A stretch of 64,000 nt of DNA from a virus (IMGVR_UViG_3300043077_000173:32001-96000), one strand, 5' to 3'; positions 20,301-30,749 are shown, numbered from the stretch's first letter. Numbers and translations: made by a program. Notes: generated by a model from the sequence alone, not told the origin.

Positions 20301-23300
20301 TTCTCCATAACCGCAAATTATTTCAAATAATTCTTGAACAGATGTGTAAACAGTCTTGTAGTTAACCCTTTTAGTATCATCTAACCAAACGTTATAATAG
20401 GTAACGTTTTTCCCATTGATTTCAACAGGGGTTTTCTTTTTGTTTTTATTCGGTAATTTAACGGTAAAATATGGCTCAGTAGAATTATAGCCATCAATCA
20501 CATACCCCTTTTCAACCTTTCTGATCATTATCGCAGAATATGATAAAATCTTTGAGGTCTTAGATTTGTACATATTGATAGAATAATTGTTATCAGGTAT
20601 TATACCATAATTATCTGATTTAACTACCAGTGATCCTTTTTTATAGTATCCACCACACCGATAGAATAAACGGATATCAATACTTCTGAAAGGATCTCCT
20701 AAATTCTCTGTAATGCCAAGATTTTGTCTTACCAAATAATCGGAAATCCATTGCTGTACACCTGTTTTTTGAATATACTCATCATCAATAAGCTCATTGT
20801 GAAAGTATTCTTCATCATTCGTCGATCTTTCATAAGTATCTGAGTGAATTAGCTGTTCATAATCCGTTCCTTTGAATAGATATTCTTTTCCTAATGTTTC
20901 CCAATTCTCCTCAATCCATTCCACTGGCTTCATAAGATACAGAATCGTCTGAATTGCATAGCGATATTCAGATGTGAACATCCAAGCAAGCTCCACATTA
21001 CCCATATCACCGCTTTCCCAATCTTTAGAAGCATAGAATGCAATCGGAGCTTTTTCAACAATACCAATCTGATAAGGTGTTTTCAAATTACCTTGCTCAT
21101 CAACTGGTAAGAACCTTTCAACAAGACCAGCTCTCTTAAATTCTTCATGAGTACCAACGTTTACACCGTCAGCAATGTATCCATTCTCAAGATCTCTCCA
21201 CATAGGAATGTTGTTTGACGTATATGGGGCTTTACCATAGTGAGATTCCCACCAAGATGGCTTCTGTCCAAAGCCTAACATCTCCCACGGATGTGTATGT
21301 GGTCTGTATGTGTCATAATAGTACATATAAACCGACTTATATGAACCATATAATTGTTGTCCGTCAACGTCTTCACAAGTAGAATAGTTATAGGTTAATG
21401 GATCACTTACAGAAAAGTTTGTATTAGAAGCATATGAATAACCATTATCAGCACACCATTGTTCAAAGAATGCTTTAATATGGTTTCTGTATTCTTCATA
21501 AGAGTAATCTGTTGTTCTAAACTTTCCAGGAATAATGGTGTATTTGTTAAAATCTGGAACTTCTTTAAAAGTTGCTGGAATCGAGTTATAAATCTGCCGT
21601 TCCATTTCAAGCAATGCACTATCACGATAATCCCCAAACAAAATCTGATAAGATCCATCGTGACATAGTAAAACTGTCGCCTTTCCATCTTCATCATCAA
21701 CAGTTGTTATCTTAGGCTCGTAGCAAAGATCAAGACCAAGATATGCAGGAGTAGCAGGAATATAACATTCACCAAGTGTTGAGCATACACCATTGTTATA
21801 AAATGGTGATATTCCTTCTTTACCAATATTCATTTTTGATAAAGCAGTTGTAATAACAGTGTATAAGTCCGTACTTTCCGTATATTCATTAGTCTTTGAC
21901 ATAGACTCAATAACATTTCTGAACTTGGCTTTAAACTTAACATATTCAGAAGATACATAAGAAATAGCATTTCGAACGCTTGTTTCATCTTTAGCGTTTA
22001 AAAGCATTGCTTTAAGTATTTGATGAGAATGTTGGATAATATTAGTACCTAATGAAATATCCTGTTTAGTATCAATGTAGTTGTTATTTCCAGAACTATT
22101 TCCAGTAAATCCTTTTTGATTACTTATAACAGACGTTAATTGATCAAAGCATTCATTATATTTGATTTCGGTAATATTTTTATTTAAAGGATTTGCTGTC
22201 AATGCTAATGGAAGATCATAAAAATATCCATCTGCAAGTGTTCCTTCAATCTTGTTTTTCAATAGTTTAACATATATGTAGTCTTCAATATCCAATGAAC
22301 TATCATCGTCAAAGATTTTCAACACTTTACCATCAATGACATAATCATTTCCATCATTTAACAATGATCCGTTCAAGTATACCAATGATGATTGACAATA
22401 TTCCGATTCATCAGGTTCATAAGCTAGATCAAGCTCAATATACTGCCGTTCAACATCATCAATCTCACCTTTTACATAATCAATACTGTCAAGCTTTATC
22501 TCTGTCGTAATATAGGTATCATTAATGTTTGACGATAAATGCCAATCACTTAAATAATCACCACTACCGTTTATTCTAACAAATTTATAGCCTTTAATCG
22601 TTTCGGTTTCATTATAATTCAAGTATGTATAATCAACAGTGTTTAAAAGGTTTTCAAAAATATAGTTTCCATAACCACTTACTAATAATCTTTTATCTAA
22701 GTCTTCATCAATTGTTGCTGTTTCATCATCAGTTGTTTTGTAATCAAATAATTTACTACCTTTAAACGATGATTGTGAATAATAAAGCTTGTTGTCTAAT
22801 GCAATACCGTCTTTATCAAATAATTTAAACAAGGGGGATTGGTTTACATCAGTTTTTTGCTGTCCTTCTACCCAATTTGTTCCGTCAAAATAAAAATAAG
22901 TATTTGCATAATCGCCACTTATAACGTTTACACCTTCGCCTTCAACAGCAATACCCTGTGGGGATAAACCATTTACAACAGGCTGTAACATAATCGTTTT
23001 AATAGTGTTTTTACCAGATACTTCATAAATTTTGTTATCGTTTAACTCATTAGTATCCCCTGAAATAAGAATTCTATCACCATCTTCTAATTCTCTAACA
23101 CCTTGAAATAATGAATTAAATGATTTACCGTGAATATCACTCTTTTTGCCATTGTAATAAAAGTTTACATAACCACGATCAGATGTACCATGATTATATA
23201 ACTCCATATCTTTCTTAAAGCATAAAATAGGCTTTTTAGCTTGAGTGACGTTAATACTGCTATCACCATTAGCTATAATTGAACGATGGAACCAACGGTT

Positions 23301-24014
23301 TCTTTTAGACCATTTGTTTCCATCTATACACCCACGTTCCATCACATAATAGTCTGGAATCGTATTAGTGTCAGAGGCTTCACTATCATCAATTAAAATG
23401 ATTGAAGAACCTACTCCTTCAACGATATACACAATGTTGTTATATTCTTCATTCACATCATTTAACAACATTATTCTCATACCACTTGACAAAACCGTTT
23501 CAGATTCTTCATCAACGTACGTATAAGACGATTTACCAATTATATCGTTTTTAACATCGGTTTGAGCAGAGAATTTACAAACGGTTGGACCTTCCTCCAC
23601 CCAATAATAATAGTTATAGTTGACAAACATATCAACGTTTATTAAAGGACACCATGACCAATATTTTCCACCAATAATTCTCGCTAAATCATTTGTATCA
23701 ACACCCTGTAACTTTAAATCATTTATGAAATTGCTATAGTCAACAATGGTATCAACATTATTATCTTCATCCGTTGTAATTAAAGCAGGCGTTAATTGAT
23801 AATTCTGTCTTTCATCAGTAGATTCTTCAACATAATAGTCCCCATCTTCCATCGCAACAGACTTTTTACCAATATAGCCATTAATCTCTTTCTCACTAGC
23901 TTGTTGAAAGAAATGATTCATGATATAATCAATAAATTGTCCGATTAAAGCTCTACTTGTAAATTCTTTAGGGAAAATCTCTTTTAAATCTCTTTTAACT
24001 ACATACTTTACCAT
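17376..24014 (-). CDS. Very large baseplate / structural protein (N-terminal part)
   Basis: 2212 aa; RQNYQL.P, YNYYYW, WSKRNRWFH, YYYDTYRPHTHPWEMLGF, LWWDTSKVRY motifs recalled from giant baseplate proteins of large myophages. Confidence 0.7.
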   Translation of the reverse strand: MVKYVVKRDLKEIFPKEFTSRALIGQFIDYIMNHFFQQASEKEINGYIGKKSVAMEDGDYYVEESTDERQNYQLTPALITTDEDNNVDTIVDYSNFINDLKLQGVDTNDLARIIGGKYWSWCPLINVDMFVNYNYYYWVEEGPTVCKFSAQTDVKNDIIGKSSYTYVDEESETVLSSGMRIMLLNDVNEEYNNIVYIVEGVGSSIILIDDSEASDTNTIPDYYVMERGCIDGNKWSKRNRWFHRSIIANGDSSINVTQAKKPILCFKKDMELYNHGTSDRGYVNFYYNGKKSDIHGKSFNSLFQGVRELEDGDRILISGDTNELNDNKIYEVSGKNTIKTIMLQPVVNGLSPQGIAVEGEGVNVISGDYANTYFYFDGTNWVEGQQKTDVNQSPLFKLFDKDGIALDNKLYYSQSSFKGSKLFDYKTTDDETATIDEDLDKRLLVSGYGNYIFENLLNTVDYTYLNYNETETIKGYKFVRINGSGDYLSDWHLSSNINDTYITTEIKLDSIDYVKGEIDDVERQYIELDLAYEPDESEYCQSSLVYLNGSLLNDGNDYVIDGKVLKIFDDDSSLDIEDYIYVKLLKNKIEGTLADGYFYDLPLALTANPLNKNITEIKYNECFDQLTSVISNQKGFTGNSSGNNNYIDTKQDISLGTNIIQHSHQILKAMLLNAKDETSVRNAISYVSSEYVKFKAKFRNVIESMSKTNEYTESTDLYTVITTALSKMNIGKEGISPFYNNGVCSTLGECYIPATPAYLGLDLCYEPKITTVDDEDGKATVLLCHDGSYQILFGDYRDSALLEMERQIYNSIPATFKEVPDFNKYTIIPGKFRTTDYSYEEYRNHIKAFFEQWCADNGYSYASNTNFSVSDPLTYNYSTCEDVDGQQLYGSYKSVYMYYYDTYRPHTHPWEMLGFGQKPSWWESHYGKAPYTSNNIPMWRDLENGYIADGVNVGTHEEFKRAGLVERFLPVDEQGNLKTPYQIGIVEKAPIAFYASKDWESGDMGNVELAWMFTSEYRYAIQTILYLMKPVEWIEENWETLGKEYLFKGTDYEQLIHSDTYERSTNDEEYFHNELIDDEYIQKTGVQQWISDYLVRQNLGITENLGDPFRSIDIRLFYRCGGYYKKGSLVVKSDNYGIIPDNNYSINMYKSKTSKILSYSAIMIRKVEKGYVIDGYNSTEPYFTVKLPNKNKKKTPVEINGKNVTYYNVWLDDTKRVNYKTVYTSVQELFEIICGYGEYLEDEGWDYITMNNDGVVIDFRMKAEDFLKWTSVSPSVDSIIILNPFASEVRIKHSGMLDIVGKQLNGVWTVLGTAGKPIYNNDLQVYRHSGYTDISTKTSIMAALRVNTIEYEHCILFDNETIYGEVLYDPLLCIKTQRFKINAIGANGWDGTLLAPGYLVQKDGAVANFDKLADDFNYIYDTDDIHSYGDFREMAKKTIGYQKTTTMENLLLTDRNLFDFYKGLLKEKGTKRSFGKLNRSSYVMSSNDSKIDLYDNWAFKIADFGYTKNSSMIELNIPANKVTQNPQIISFNTGVSTNTNESIIDIDWSNNRWLRKIEGKDFNKFETGGTVMNPLGGFLQVNDVDYTVADVDSFEEYKDYMAVGETIWVVRSNEYDWNVYKKLGEDDYISLKVDDFKSLESFDKDVLSNGDIIVVVKDVLLNHLSEISDSKHLADDSQSIVDKNAWCILQYNDGVYDLYRVQTAIIDAKTLAHSFIVNDDTNESLTEIYPYDPLLNVVPNDVLDEVNYITSYDPVDDYNDYYKWGDSRIGYLWWDTSKVRYLDYHQGDINYKRDNWGKQLPGSEIAIMEWVKSPTLPSDVTKYVHKEVWNSSTASYEDYYYYWTKNPTEIPDVDFRSTAAFEISSIINDPTSLGVTWFAPIDISDNVDKVNTFILCNFDQVTTGSDFVIQLNFKKQQDLNNHTEWLLVREGDDDEIPDVLWSKMQDSLLGVDSLGQAVPDPTIDERNQLGLQIRPRQTMFKDLALARRNFVDICNNIFSTRDITTSIDVGTNEFEATFLDSEEIPEYDYAFATHRDMAQSRDNELVGKTVLVESDEEYDNIWTLWTITSFGNFELKQYQTYNVQNYWTYSDLYKDDETKLIQPEYTFDSEAEMKEYVLTHDMVLDSYIKYYDNYGKWSLHQYMGTEAGVPIFSEVGLEDGAIKLNDRMYSYIDDEEMIADKSIFIDGMTKYEYIEQEARIVIEKIIEYFENV

Positions 24015-24140
24015 TGATGTTGGTTCCTTAAAACATTACTGTGAGTATTTATTAGAAGATTTTTAGAGATTTTATGTAGAAGATATCCAATAAATATTGT
24101 TAGAGTTAGATGATAATAAATAATCATATAAGTTAAAATA

Positions 24141-24755
24141 TTGGAGATAAAAATGGATTATGTAAACACTTTATCAAAGTTTGGCGTAAAGCTTGCTGAT
24201 AGAAATCAACGAGTAAAGTTTCCCAAATTAAAAACTCGTTATAAAGTATTGTTTGAAGGCTTTGCTGCACCACTTGGCGGTGATAACATCTCTATGGATA
24301 TGAAAACATACAGCGTTCCTAAAGGGGAATTCGAAGACAAGACAATTGAAATGGTAAATGGTGATATCCATTATCCTGGAAAATGGACTTGGGCTGCTTG
24401 TGATTTCACAGTCTATGATTCTTATGACAATGCCAACTACAAAGAATTATATCGTCAAATTCAGTTACAACGTGATTTATCAGAACAAGTTACTGGTACA
24501 GTTGCTCAAAACTACAAATATGTCAGTAAATTCTGTAACACCGACGGTCACCAAAATGTTATCTGCACTTGGGTAATGGAGGGTTGTTGGTTACAAAAAG
24601 CTCAACCTGAAGATGGTGCTAACGGCGATCACGAAGCTCAAGTAATCAATTGCACGCAAGTCTTTGATAATTGTTGTCTTTATGATTGTGACGGTACGCT
24701 TATTACTGGTGATGGAGCAATTTCAACTATGATGGAAAAAGTTTTGGCTTTCTAA
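24141..24755 (+). CDS. Tail tube protein (gp19-like); start probably the ATG at 24153
   Basis: PKLKTRYKVLF, YPGKWTW, WVMEGCW, FDN motifs; TAAATA at 24091. Confidence 0.8.
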   Translation: MEIKMDYVNTLSKFGVKLADRNQRVKFPKLKTRYKVLFEGFAAPLGGDNISMDMKTYSVPKGEFEDKTIEMVNGDIHYPGKWTWAACDFTVYDSYDNANYKELYRQIQLQRDLSEQVTGTVAQNYKYVSKFCNTDGHQNVICTWVMEGCWLQKAQPEDGANGDHEAQVINCTQVFDNCCLYDCDGTLITGDGAISTMMEKVLAF

Positions 24756-24774
24756 TTCGTTTATCTCAAAAATC

Positions 24775-24802
24775 AAAAAAGAGCCTCATTAGAGGCTCTT
24801 TT
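24775..24802. terminator. Bidirectional intrinsic terminator
   Basis: AAAAAAGAGCCTC-ATTA-GAGGCTCTTTT between convergent genes. Confidence 0.85.
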
Positions 24803-24803
24803 A

Positions 24804-25814
24804 TTATTGTTTATCAAACCATTCTTTAAACTCTTTTTCAGAAAAGAATTCCAAATAATTCAAATTGTTATCTTTAGCTGTTTTTCGCTTTAAAGGATCT
24901 CTAATTGACCAATTATTCGCAGCTCGTAAATATTGTGTTTTAGGTTTTCCATTTATTCCTAATTCCTTAGATTTGTTATACCAATCGCTAATTACTTGCT
25001 GATGTTCTTGATTATTTTCATTAAATGGACAATGATATTTTAACGGTCCATGATACCAATTTCCTTGATATTCAATGAATAAATCTTTAGATGGTATATA
25101 AAAATCACAATTAAATGGATAACGTACATTATCACGATATTGATGTATAGTATCTGAAAATTTTGTTAATAGCATTTTATATATCCTAAGTTCTTGCTGT
25201 GAAGAATTCATAGTTTGATGTTGACGTTTAGTAACATACTCATTATAAACTCTATGGGTATTAACATCTCTTGTTTTCATATATTGTCTCATTTCTGTAC
25301 TTTGAGAATAGTTTTCCACCCCATATTTCCTTTTACATGTTTCTTTAGATTTTTCTTTAACAGATTCTAATTGAAAACTATTATTGACTCCATACTTATT
25401 AACCATTATTTGCTCATATTCATCTTTCCACCCCATTTTCTTAGCATATCGTGTAGCTCCATATTTTTTAAGACACGTTTGGGTAGTTTTATTATTATAT
25501 TCTTTTGTTTTTGTATAAGAAGTTTCTCCATATTTTTCAAGGCACGTTTGTTTTCTGTTTTTAACAATACTACTTTTATCTTTCTTAATATTAAATAGCT
25601 TTAAATCATTTATTATAACTTTATTACTTAGATTAAATATTTTAGATAAAACAGATTGATTGAGATTTAATTCAATATATAAGTATAAAATATCCTCTTT
25701 AAATGGTTTTTCATATATTCCATTAATCTTTTTCAAAGGATTTGTTAAATAGTCTCTCTTTAATTTTGACTTATCAATGTTATAGGTGCTATAAATATCA
25801 GTAGATTCATTCAT
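24804..25814 (-). CDS. KRDY-family PD-(D/E)xK (Vsr/EDxHD-like) homing endonuclease
   Basis: KRDYLTNPL..PFKED, KYG repeats, YPFNCDFYIPSKDLFIEYQGNWYHG, RDPLKR. Confidence 0.75.
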   Translation of the reverse strand: MNESTDIYSTYNIDKSKLKRDYLTNPLKKINGIYEKPFKEDILYLYIELNLNQSVLSKIFNLSNKVIINDLKLFNIKKDKSSIVKNRKQTCLEKYGETSYTKTKEYNNKTTQTCLKKYGATRYAKKMGWKDEYEQIMVNKYGVNNSFQLESVKEKSKETCKRKYGVENYSQSTEMRQYMKTRDVNTHRVYNEYVTKRQHQTMNSSQQELRIYKMLLTKFSDTIHQYRDNVRYPFNCDFYIPSKDLFIEYQGNWYHGPLKYHCPFNENNQEHQQVISDWYNKSKELGINGKPKTQYLRAANNWSIRDPLKRKTAKDNNLNYLEFFSEKEFKEWFDKQ

Positions 25815-25903
25815 AATTCTTCCTTATGTTTGAGTTTAGAAAGGTGTGAAAATTACAGTTTTCATGCCTTTTGTTATATCATCATTTGTAAATGATTTCA
25901 ATT

Positions 25904-25933
25904 AAAAAATCCCCAATTTCTTGGGGATTTTTA
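25904..25933 (-). terminator. Intrinsic terminator
   Basis: AAAAATCCCCAA / TTGGGGATTTTT inverted repeat. Confidence 0.8.
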
Positions 25934-27841
25934 TTATTTTCCTTTTTTAGCTTCCATTATAATTCGACAAGATGTTTTATATGAACAGCCTTCTTTAATA
26001 AGTTTTTCAACATATCGTCTATCAAGGCTATCCCAAGCATCTACGTCTTTTTTAGCATACATCTTTTTAGCTGTTTCGTAAATGGATTTAATCTTAGCTT
26101 CATTAACGGTTTCTTTACAGGAAATTGTTTGTTTGCTACCCTCACTGGCTTCAGCACCAAATTCATCAGTAGAAACTTCATGATATTCAGCACCTTCTTC
26201 AATATCTTCTCCATCATTACCTTTCTCAATATAAGAAATGTAAATTTTTGTCTGTTCTGGAGCATATTGTGATCTAGCAGCCTGTACTTTAACGTTATCG
26301 CCAAACCGTTTAGCAATCATTTTCTTAATTAATTCAAAAGTATCACCAGAAACTGCTACTTTACCTTCGAATACTAAATATACTCTACCGTCTTGTTCTT
26401 TTGAATCAACAAAGTCCAATTTTGGGAAATACTTATTCATATATTCATAAATGTCATTGAAGTCATATTCCTGAATACCGTCTTTGTATACAGTATCTTC
26501 ACCACCAAACATATCTGGTTGAACTTCTACGGCTTCAGAAACCTCTTTTGGATCACGACTACGAACATAATCCATTACCTTCTTGTAAGCAGGAAGTGGA
26601 TTGTATTCACTGTTTGGTTCTCTATGAGCAAATACCTCTTCACCCTGTTCTTCATAACTGTGAAGTAATTTAGATATTTCACCGAAGCTAACACTTTGTG
26701 ATGCTCCTAAATCAAAACGCTTGTTATCAATGAATAGGATTAAATGTCCATCATTTCTACAAACTAACGCATTTTTATTATCTCTTGATACACAAATGTC
26801 GTCTGGTTCAGCTCTGTAGTACTGTTTGAATTCATCGCATAGTTCTTCCCAGCTCGATTTTTTTGCTGGTTGATATACGGCTTCAGAAACCTCTACACCA
26901 GCAGCTCTTAAAGCTTCTTCAATTTGTGCTTCAACGTCTGGACTTAATTCTTCATCAGCAGATTCTTCGGTAATCTCTTCTGCGAATTTGTCCTGCTGAT
27001 TTGAGCCTTCTGTATCCGAAGGAATAATTTCTTCTGCTTCGTTTAATTCAACACCAGCAGCCCTTAAAGCTTCTTCAATTTGAGCTTCATAGTCAACGTC
27101 TGTATCTTCATTTTCGTCATACATACCAGCATCCATCATATCATCAATCCCCATTTCATCAGCTGACATACCTGCTAGTTCAGGTTCAGCAGGTTCTTCA
27201 GCAGATGTCATCTCAACACCAGCAACAGGAGCTTCTGCTGGTAATTCTTCATCAAATGGAACTTCGTCGTCAAATGCTCCTTCACCACCCATTGCTGGAA
27301 CTGTTGTATCCATATCCATTGGTGTTCCATCTTCCATGTTCATTGGCTCTGGGATAGCTTCCATACCATTCATTGGTGTTGCCCCAGTTCCCTCAGCCTG
27401 ATTGGCTAAATCAAACATTTGAGATAATGCAGCAGCATCTTGTGTTTCTAAACCATTGATCGAAACGCTATATTGTGCTTCATTTACGTTATTCATTCCA
27501 TTCTCCGTAATTACAGGTGTTATTTCTGTCTCCGATGCAGTAATTTCTTCGTTATTGTCTGTATTCCTCAAAACAATAGCATCCTTGTTGTTAATATTTA
27601 TTACCTCATACTGTTTTTGACTAGCATCGTTTTTCAAAGTTACAAAAGACCCTTCTTTTGTTTTAACATCATTGTAACCATGCTTTTCTGTTTCAGCATT
27701 TGAATCAATGATTGACATTAATCTATAAGGGTTTACACCATACTTTTTAGCAACGATTGAAATAGCTTGAGGTTTAGATAAACCATTAGCAATATTTTGC
27801 TCAATTTCTTGTTTTATACCTTTTGATTCAGTATCCATCAA
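25934..27841 (-). CDS. Acidic modular late protein, probable internal head polyprotein
   Basis: 635 aa, D/E-rich, repeated EAQIEEALRAAGVE and EVSEAV; TAAATA at 27884-27889. Confidence 0.6.
   Translation of the reverse strand: MMDTESKGIKQEIEQNIANGLSKPQAISIVAKKYGVNPYRLMSIIDSNAETEKHGYNDVKTKEGSFVTLKNDASQKQYEVININNKDAIVLRNTDNNEEITASETEITPVITENGMNNVNEAQYSVSINGLETQDAAALSQMFDLANQAEGTGATPMNGMEAIPEPMNMEDGTPMDMDTTVPAMGGEGAFDDEVPFDEELPAEAPVAGVEMTSAEEPAEPELAGMSADEMGIDDMMDAGMYDENEDTDVDYEAQIEEALRAAGVELNEAEEIIPSDTEGSNQQDKFAEEITEESADEELSPDVEAQIEEALRAAGVEVSEAVYQPAKKSSWEELCDEFKQYYRAEPDDICVSRDNKNALVCRNDGHLILFIDNKRFDLGASQSVSFGEISKLLHSYEEQGEEVFAHREPNSEYNPLPAYKKVMDYVRSRDPKEVSEAVEVQPDMFGGEDTVYKDGIQEYDFNDIYEYMNKYFPKLDFVDSKEQDGRVYLVFEGKVAVSGDTFELIKKMIAKRFGDNVKVQAARSQYAPEQTKIYISYIEKGNDGEDIEEGAEYHEVSTDEFGAEASEGSKQTISCKETVNEAKIKSIYETAKKMYAKKDVDAWDSLDRRYVEKLIKEGCSYKTSCRIIMEAKKGK
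26528..26894. repeat. Exact 19-bp direct repeats flanking a 116-codon module
   Basis: tacggcttcagaaacctct at 26528-26546 and 26876-26894. Confidence 0.9.
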
Positions 27842-27940
27842 TGATTCCTTAGATCGTTAAATATTTCACGAAATATCTACGAATATTTATTATGTAACAC
27901 TCATAAACATAAATATTTCTATGAAATATCGGAGAAAAAA

Positions 27941-29293
27941 ATGGTTGCAAACGTTAATTATTGGTACAACTCTCAAATAAGAACGATAATATTACACGTT
28001 TTAAGAATGATGTCAAATTTCTGTGTATCATCTGGAAACGATGCTAATGGAAACCCAGAACTCACTAGAGTTCCTTGTACGTTTATGTCATCAGATAAGT
28101 CTGTATTGAGTATGATTAACAATAATTCAGATACCATTCTACAATCTGTTCCAAAAATGGTTTTAACAATCTCAGATTTAAGCCTCAACAATGATAAAAT
28201 GAGCGGTTCTCCATATATGCCTTATGAATCAGAGTTTAATGAGAAAAAATATGATGAAGAAACAGGCAATTATGTACATGATTTAGGAAACTGTTATCGT
28301 GTAGAACGTTTAAACCCATTACCTATTGGTATAACCTTTAAGCTATACATTTTTACAACATTAATTACTCATAAATTACAGCTATTTGAACAAATAAGAA
28401 TGTTGTTTTCTCCAACAGCCGAATTACAAACATCTGAAAATCCTCTAGATTGGTCAAGATTATCCGCACTGGTATTAACAAACGTCAATTATTCATCAAG
28501 AGGTACTAATATTGATAGTTCAACATTAGATTCTATGGATTTAACGTTTCAACTTGATACAAATTTAGACGCTCCAGCATTGATTTCAAAATCAACACTT
28601 ATTGAAAACATTATAACAGAAATAAATGAAGGTAATATTGTCGATGATATATCTTTTGGTGAAAATCTTGCCAGACAATATCATAGTCCTACAGAAAATA
28701 ATATAACCGTTCAAAACAACAATGAGCTTATATTATCTCCTTCAAATATTGCTAAAAACTGGTATCAATTGATTAAAGCATATCATATGAAATACAATGC
28801 TTTATTGTCAGACATTTATGTACATTGTTTAATAAACGTTGATACAAATACAAAAAAGTCAATATATGGTCCTATAAAGATTGATGAAAAAGATCCAACT
28901 AAAGCATATTGGACATATAATGAAGAATCTTTACCTAAAGAGAATTTAGACCCTGTTGACGCAATTATTGACCCACATCATTTTAAGCCTCAAAACGTTG
29001 AAGGCGAACGTTATATCTTAGATGATTCAATACCAAATAATACAAAACTATGGGGTGAATTAAGGGATAGAAACGATAATATTCTTGATAAAATAGATGC
29101 CAACAATATTATTCAATACATAAATGGTTATTGGACACTAATGACTGATCCTGTTAATGAACCAGCGGTATATTATGTAAGAGATCTATCTGACGCCAAA
29201 TATCTTTACTCATTCAATACAGATTACAATATTTGGTATGATGTTATCAATAAACGTTATAGATCTGGACAATGGAGAATATCGTCTAACTAA
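27941..29293 (+). CDS. Tail terminator / sheath stabilizer (gp15-like) with a C-terminal extension
   Basis: YWYNSQIR, RVPC, VERLNPLP, KLQLFEQI..LFSP motifs. Confidence 0.75.
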   Translation: MVANVNYWYNSQIRTIILHVLRMMSNFCVSSGNDANGNPELTRVPCTFMSSDKSVLSMINNNSDTILQSVPKMVLTISDLSLNNDKMSGSPYMPYESEFNEKKYDEETGNYVHDLGNCYRVERLNPLPIGITFKLYIFTTLITHKLQLFEQIRMLFSPTAELQTSENPLDWSRLSALVLTNVNYSSRGTNIDSSTLDSMDLTFQLDTNLDAPALISKSTLIENIITEINEGNIVDDISFGENLARQYHSPTENNITVQNNNELILSPSNIAKNWYQLIKAYHMKYNALLSDIYVHCLINVDTNTKKSIYGPIKIDEKDPTKAYWTYNEESLPKENLDPVDAIIDPHHFKPQNVEGERYILDDSIPNNTKLWGELRDRNDNILDKIDANNIIQYINGYWTLMTDPVNEPAVYYVRDLSDAKYLYSFNTDYNIWYDVINKRYRSGQWRISSN

Positions 29294-29335
29294 AGAATTA
29301 GTAATAAATACCTTTATATGATACATTAAGGAATA

Positions 29336-29890
29336 ATGAAAATGGCTATTGATCTAAAAAAGATATTGTTTACAATGAAAAAAACATATTCATTTAATAT
29401 CAAGATTGCTTGTGATGATATAAAAGATTATGATTTTAAATCCTTTGACACAATTATGGGATTAAAAGGTATGATAAAGCGTACAAATCCAGTCGCTCTA
29501 CCTCTAGCTTCTGCCCCGTTGGATTTTCCACGTTTAAAAAGCTATTATGGAACAATTTACAAATTTGAAGCAGAGTTTGAATATCCTATTTCAGAAAATC
29601 AAATCAAAACAGAATTAAGCAATTTATTATGCCTTGATAGAAGCTTTATCATTGTTAGAACCTCTGAATCTCCTTTAGAACAATATGATGACGATTATCT
29701 TAAATACAAAGATGAAGATTATGCTTCCGTTTTATTAGATGATGCTCAAAAAGATTCTGTAAATCCTAATGACTATTATGGTGACGAATATAATAAATCA
29801 ATGATTGACGCATTACTTTCTAAAGAAGGTCAAGAAAATCAACAGCATTTCAAAGAAGTTGATAAAAATACCTATAATGGGCAGAAATAA
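29336..29890 (+). CDS. Conserved hypothetical phage protein
   Basis: KTYSFNIKIA, PLDFP, YPI, YYGDEYN; late promoter at 29305. Confidence 0.6.
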   Translation: MKMAIDLKKILFTMKKTYSFNIKIACDDIKDYDFKSFDTIMGLKGMIKRTNPVALPLASAPLDFPRLKSYYGTIYKFEAEFEYPISENQIKTELSNLLCLDRSFIIVRTSESPLEQYDDDYLKYKDEDYASVLLDDAQKDSVNPNDYYGDEYNKSMIDALLSKEGQENQQHFKEVDKNTYNGQK

Positions 29891-29894
29891 TTCA

Positions 29895-29926
29895 AAAGCG
29901 GAGTCATAAAGCTCCGCTTATTTTTT
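29895..29926. terminator. Bidirectional terminator
   Basis: AAGCGGAG / CTCCGCTT stem between convergent genes. Confidence 0.7.
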
Positions 29927-30692
29927 AGATAGCTTTTCCTCTTAAAGCACCAACTCTGTAAGCATTATCATTTTCAGATGCCATTAAAATTCTTTCAGGT
30001 AAAAACTTTACCTTAATCGTGTCTTTATACATTGATCTAAATAACGCCGAGAAATAATCTACGGAAAAATATGTATTCTCTTTCCAAATATTTGTACCAC
30101 CAATATTACCAATATTGATTGATCCATTATCTACTGATTGGTTTTCATCACCAAAATAGATATAGTTATTACCATCTTTAGAGGTTATTCTAAAATATTT
30201 CTCATTAGTTAATGAAGATAATCTACAAATATCTTTAACAATATCTTCAGTCAATTCTCCAGCATTAGATTCTAATGTATGCTGTAAGCCAAACTTTCTT
30301 TGGTCAAACTTATCTTTTAAATCTTGTTGATTAACAATAAAGCTATAGTTTTGAAGAAAATATTTCATCTTCAATCTTCCAGAAGATATATTGAATACTT
30401 TAGGGCTACCGCCATCGTCAGTATCTATATCAATCTTTAAAGAAGATTCATCATCTTTATTATAAAAAGAACTTATAATGGTGTGAATTGATGACCAATT
30501 TCTTAATCCAAACATTTTTGTCGTATATTCTTCTCCCTTATCCTCTACATAAGCATATACTAAATCGTCTGAAGTCTTACACGATATACAACAATGCTCA
30601 CTAGAAGATGGATATACCACAACAGTTTCAAAATCAAACTTATTAAATAAACTATCTGCTTCTATAAGTGTCTGTCTTAACATTTTCATCAA
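29925..30692 (-). CDS. Probable sliding clamp (gp45-like)
   Basis: 255 aa, downstream of PolB, FGLRNW and YFGD motifs. Confidence 0.5.
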   Translation of the reverse strand: MMKMLRQTLIEADSLFNKFDFETVVVYPSSSEHCCISCKTSDDLVYAYVEDKGEEYTTKMFGLRNWSSIHTIISSFYNKDDESSLKIDIDTDDGGSPKVFNISSGRLKMKYFLQNYSFIVNQQDLKDKFDQRKFGLQHTLESNAGELTEDIVKDICRLSSLTNEKYFRITSKDGNNYIYFGDENQSVDNGSINIGNIGGTNIWKENTYFSVDYFSALFRSMYKDTIKVKFLPERILMASENDNAYRVGALRGKAI

Positions 30693-30711
30693 CCCTTTCT
30701 TCTATTGGTTT

Positions 30712-30740
30712 ATAATAAAGCTTTCTTTAAAGATTGTCAA
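30712..30740 (-). promoter_or_regulatory. Sigma70-type promoter
   Basis: TTGACA-N17-TATTAT. Confidence 0.55.
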
Positions 30741-30749
30741 GAAGAAAAT

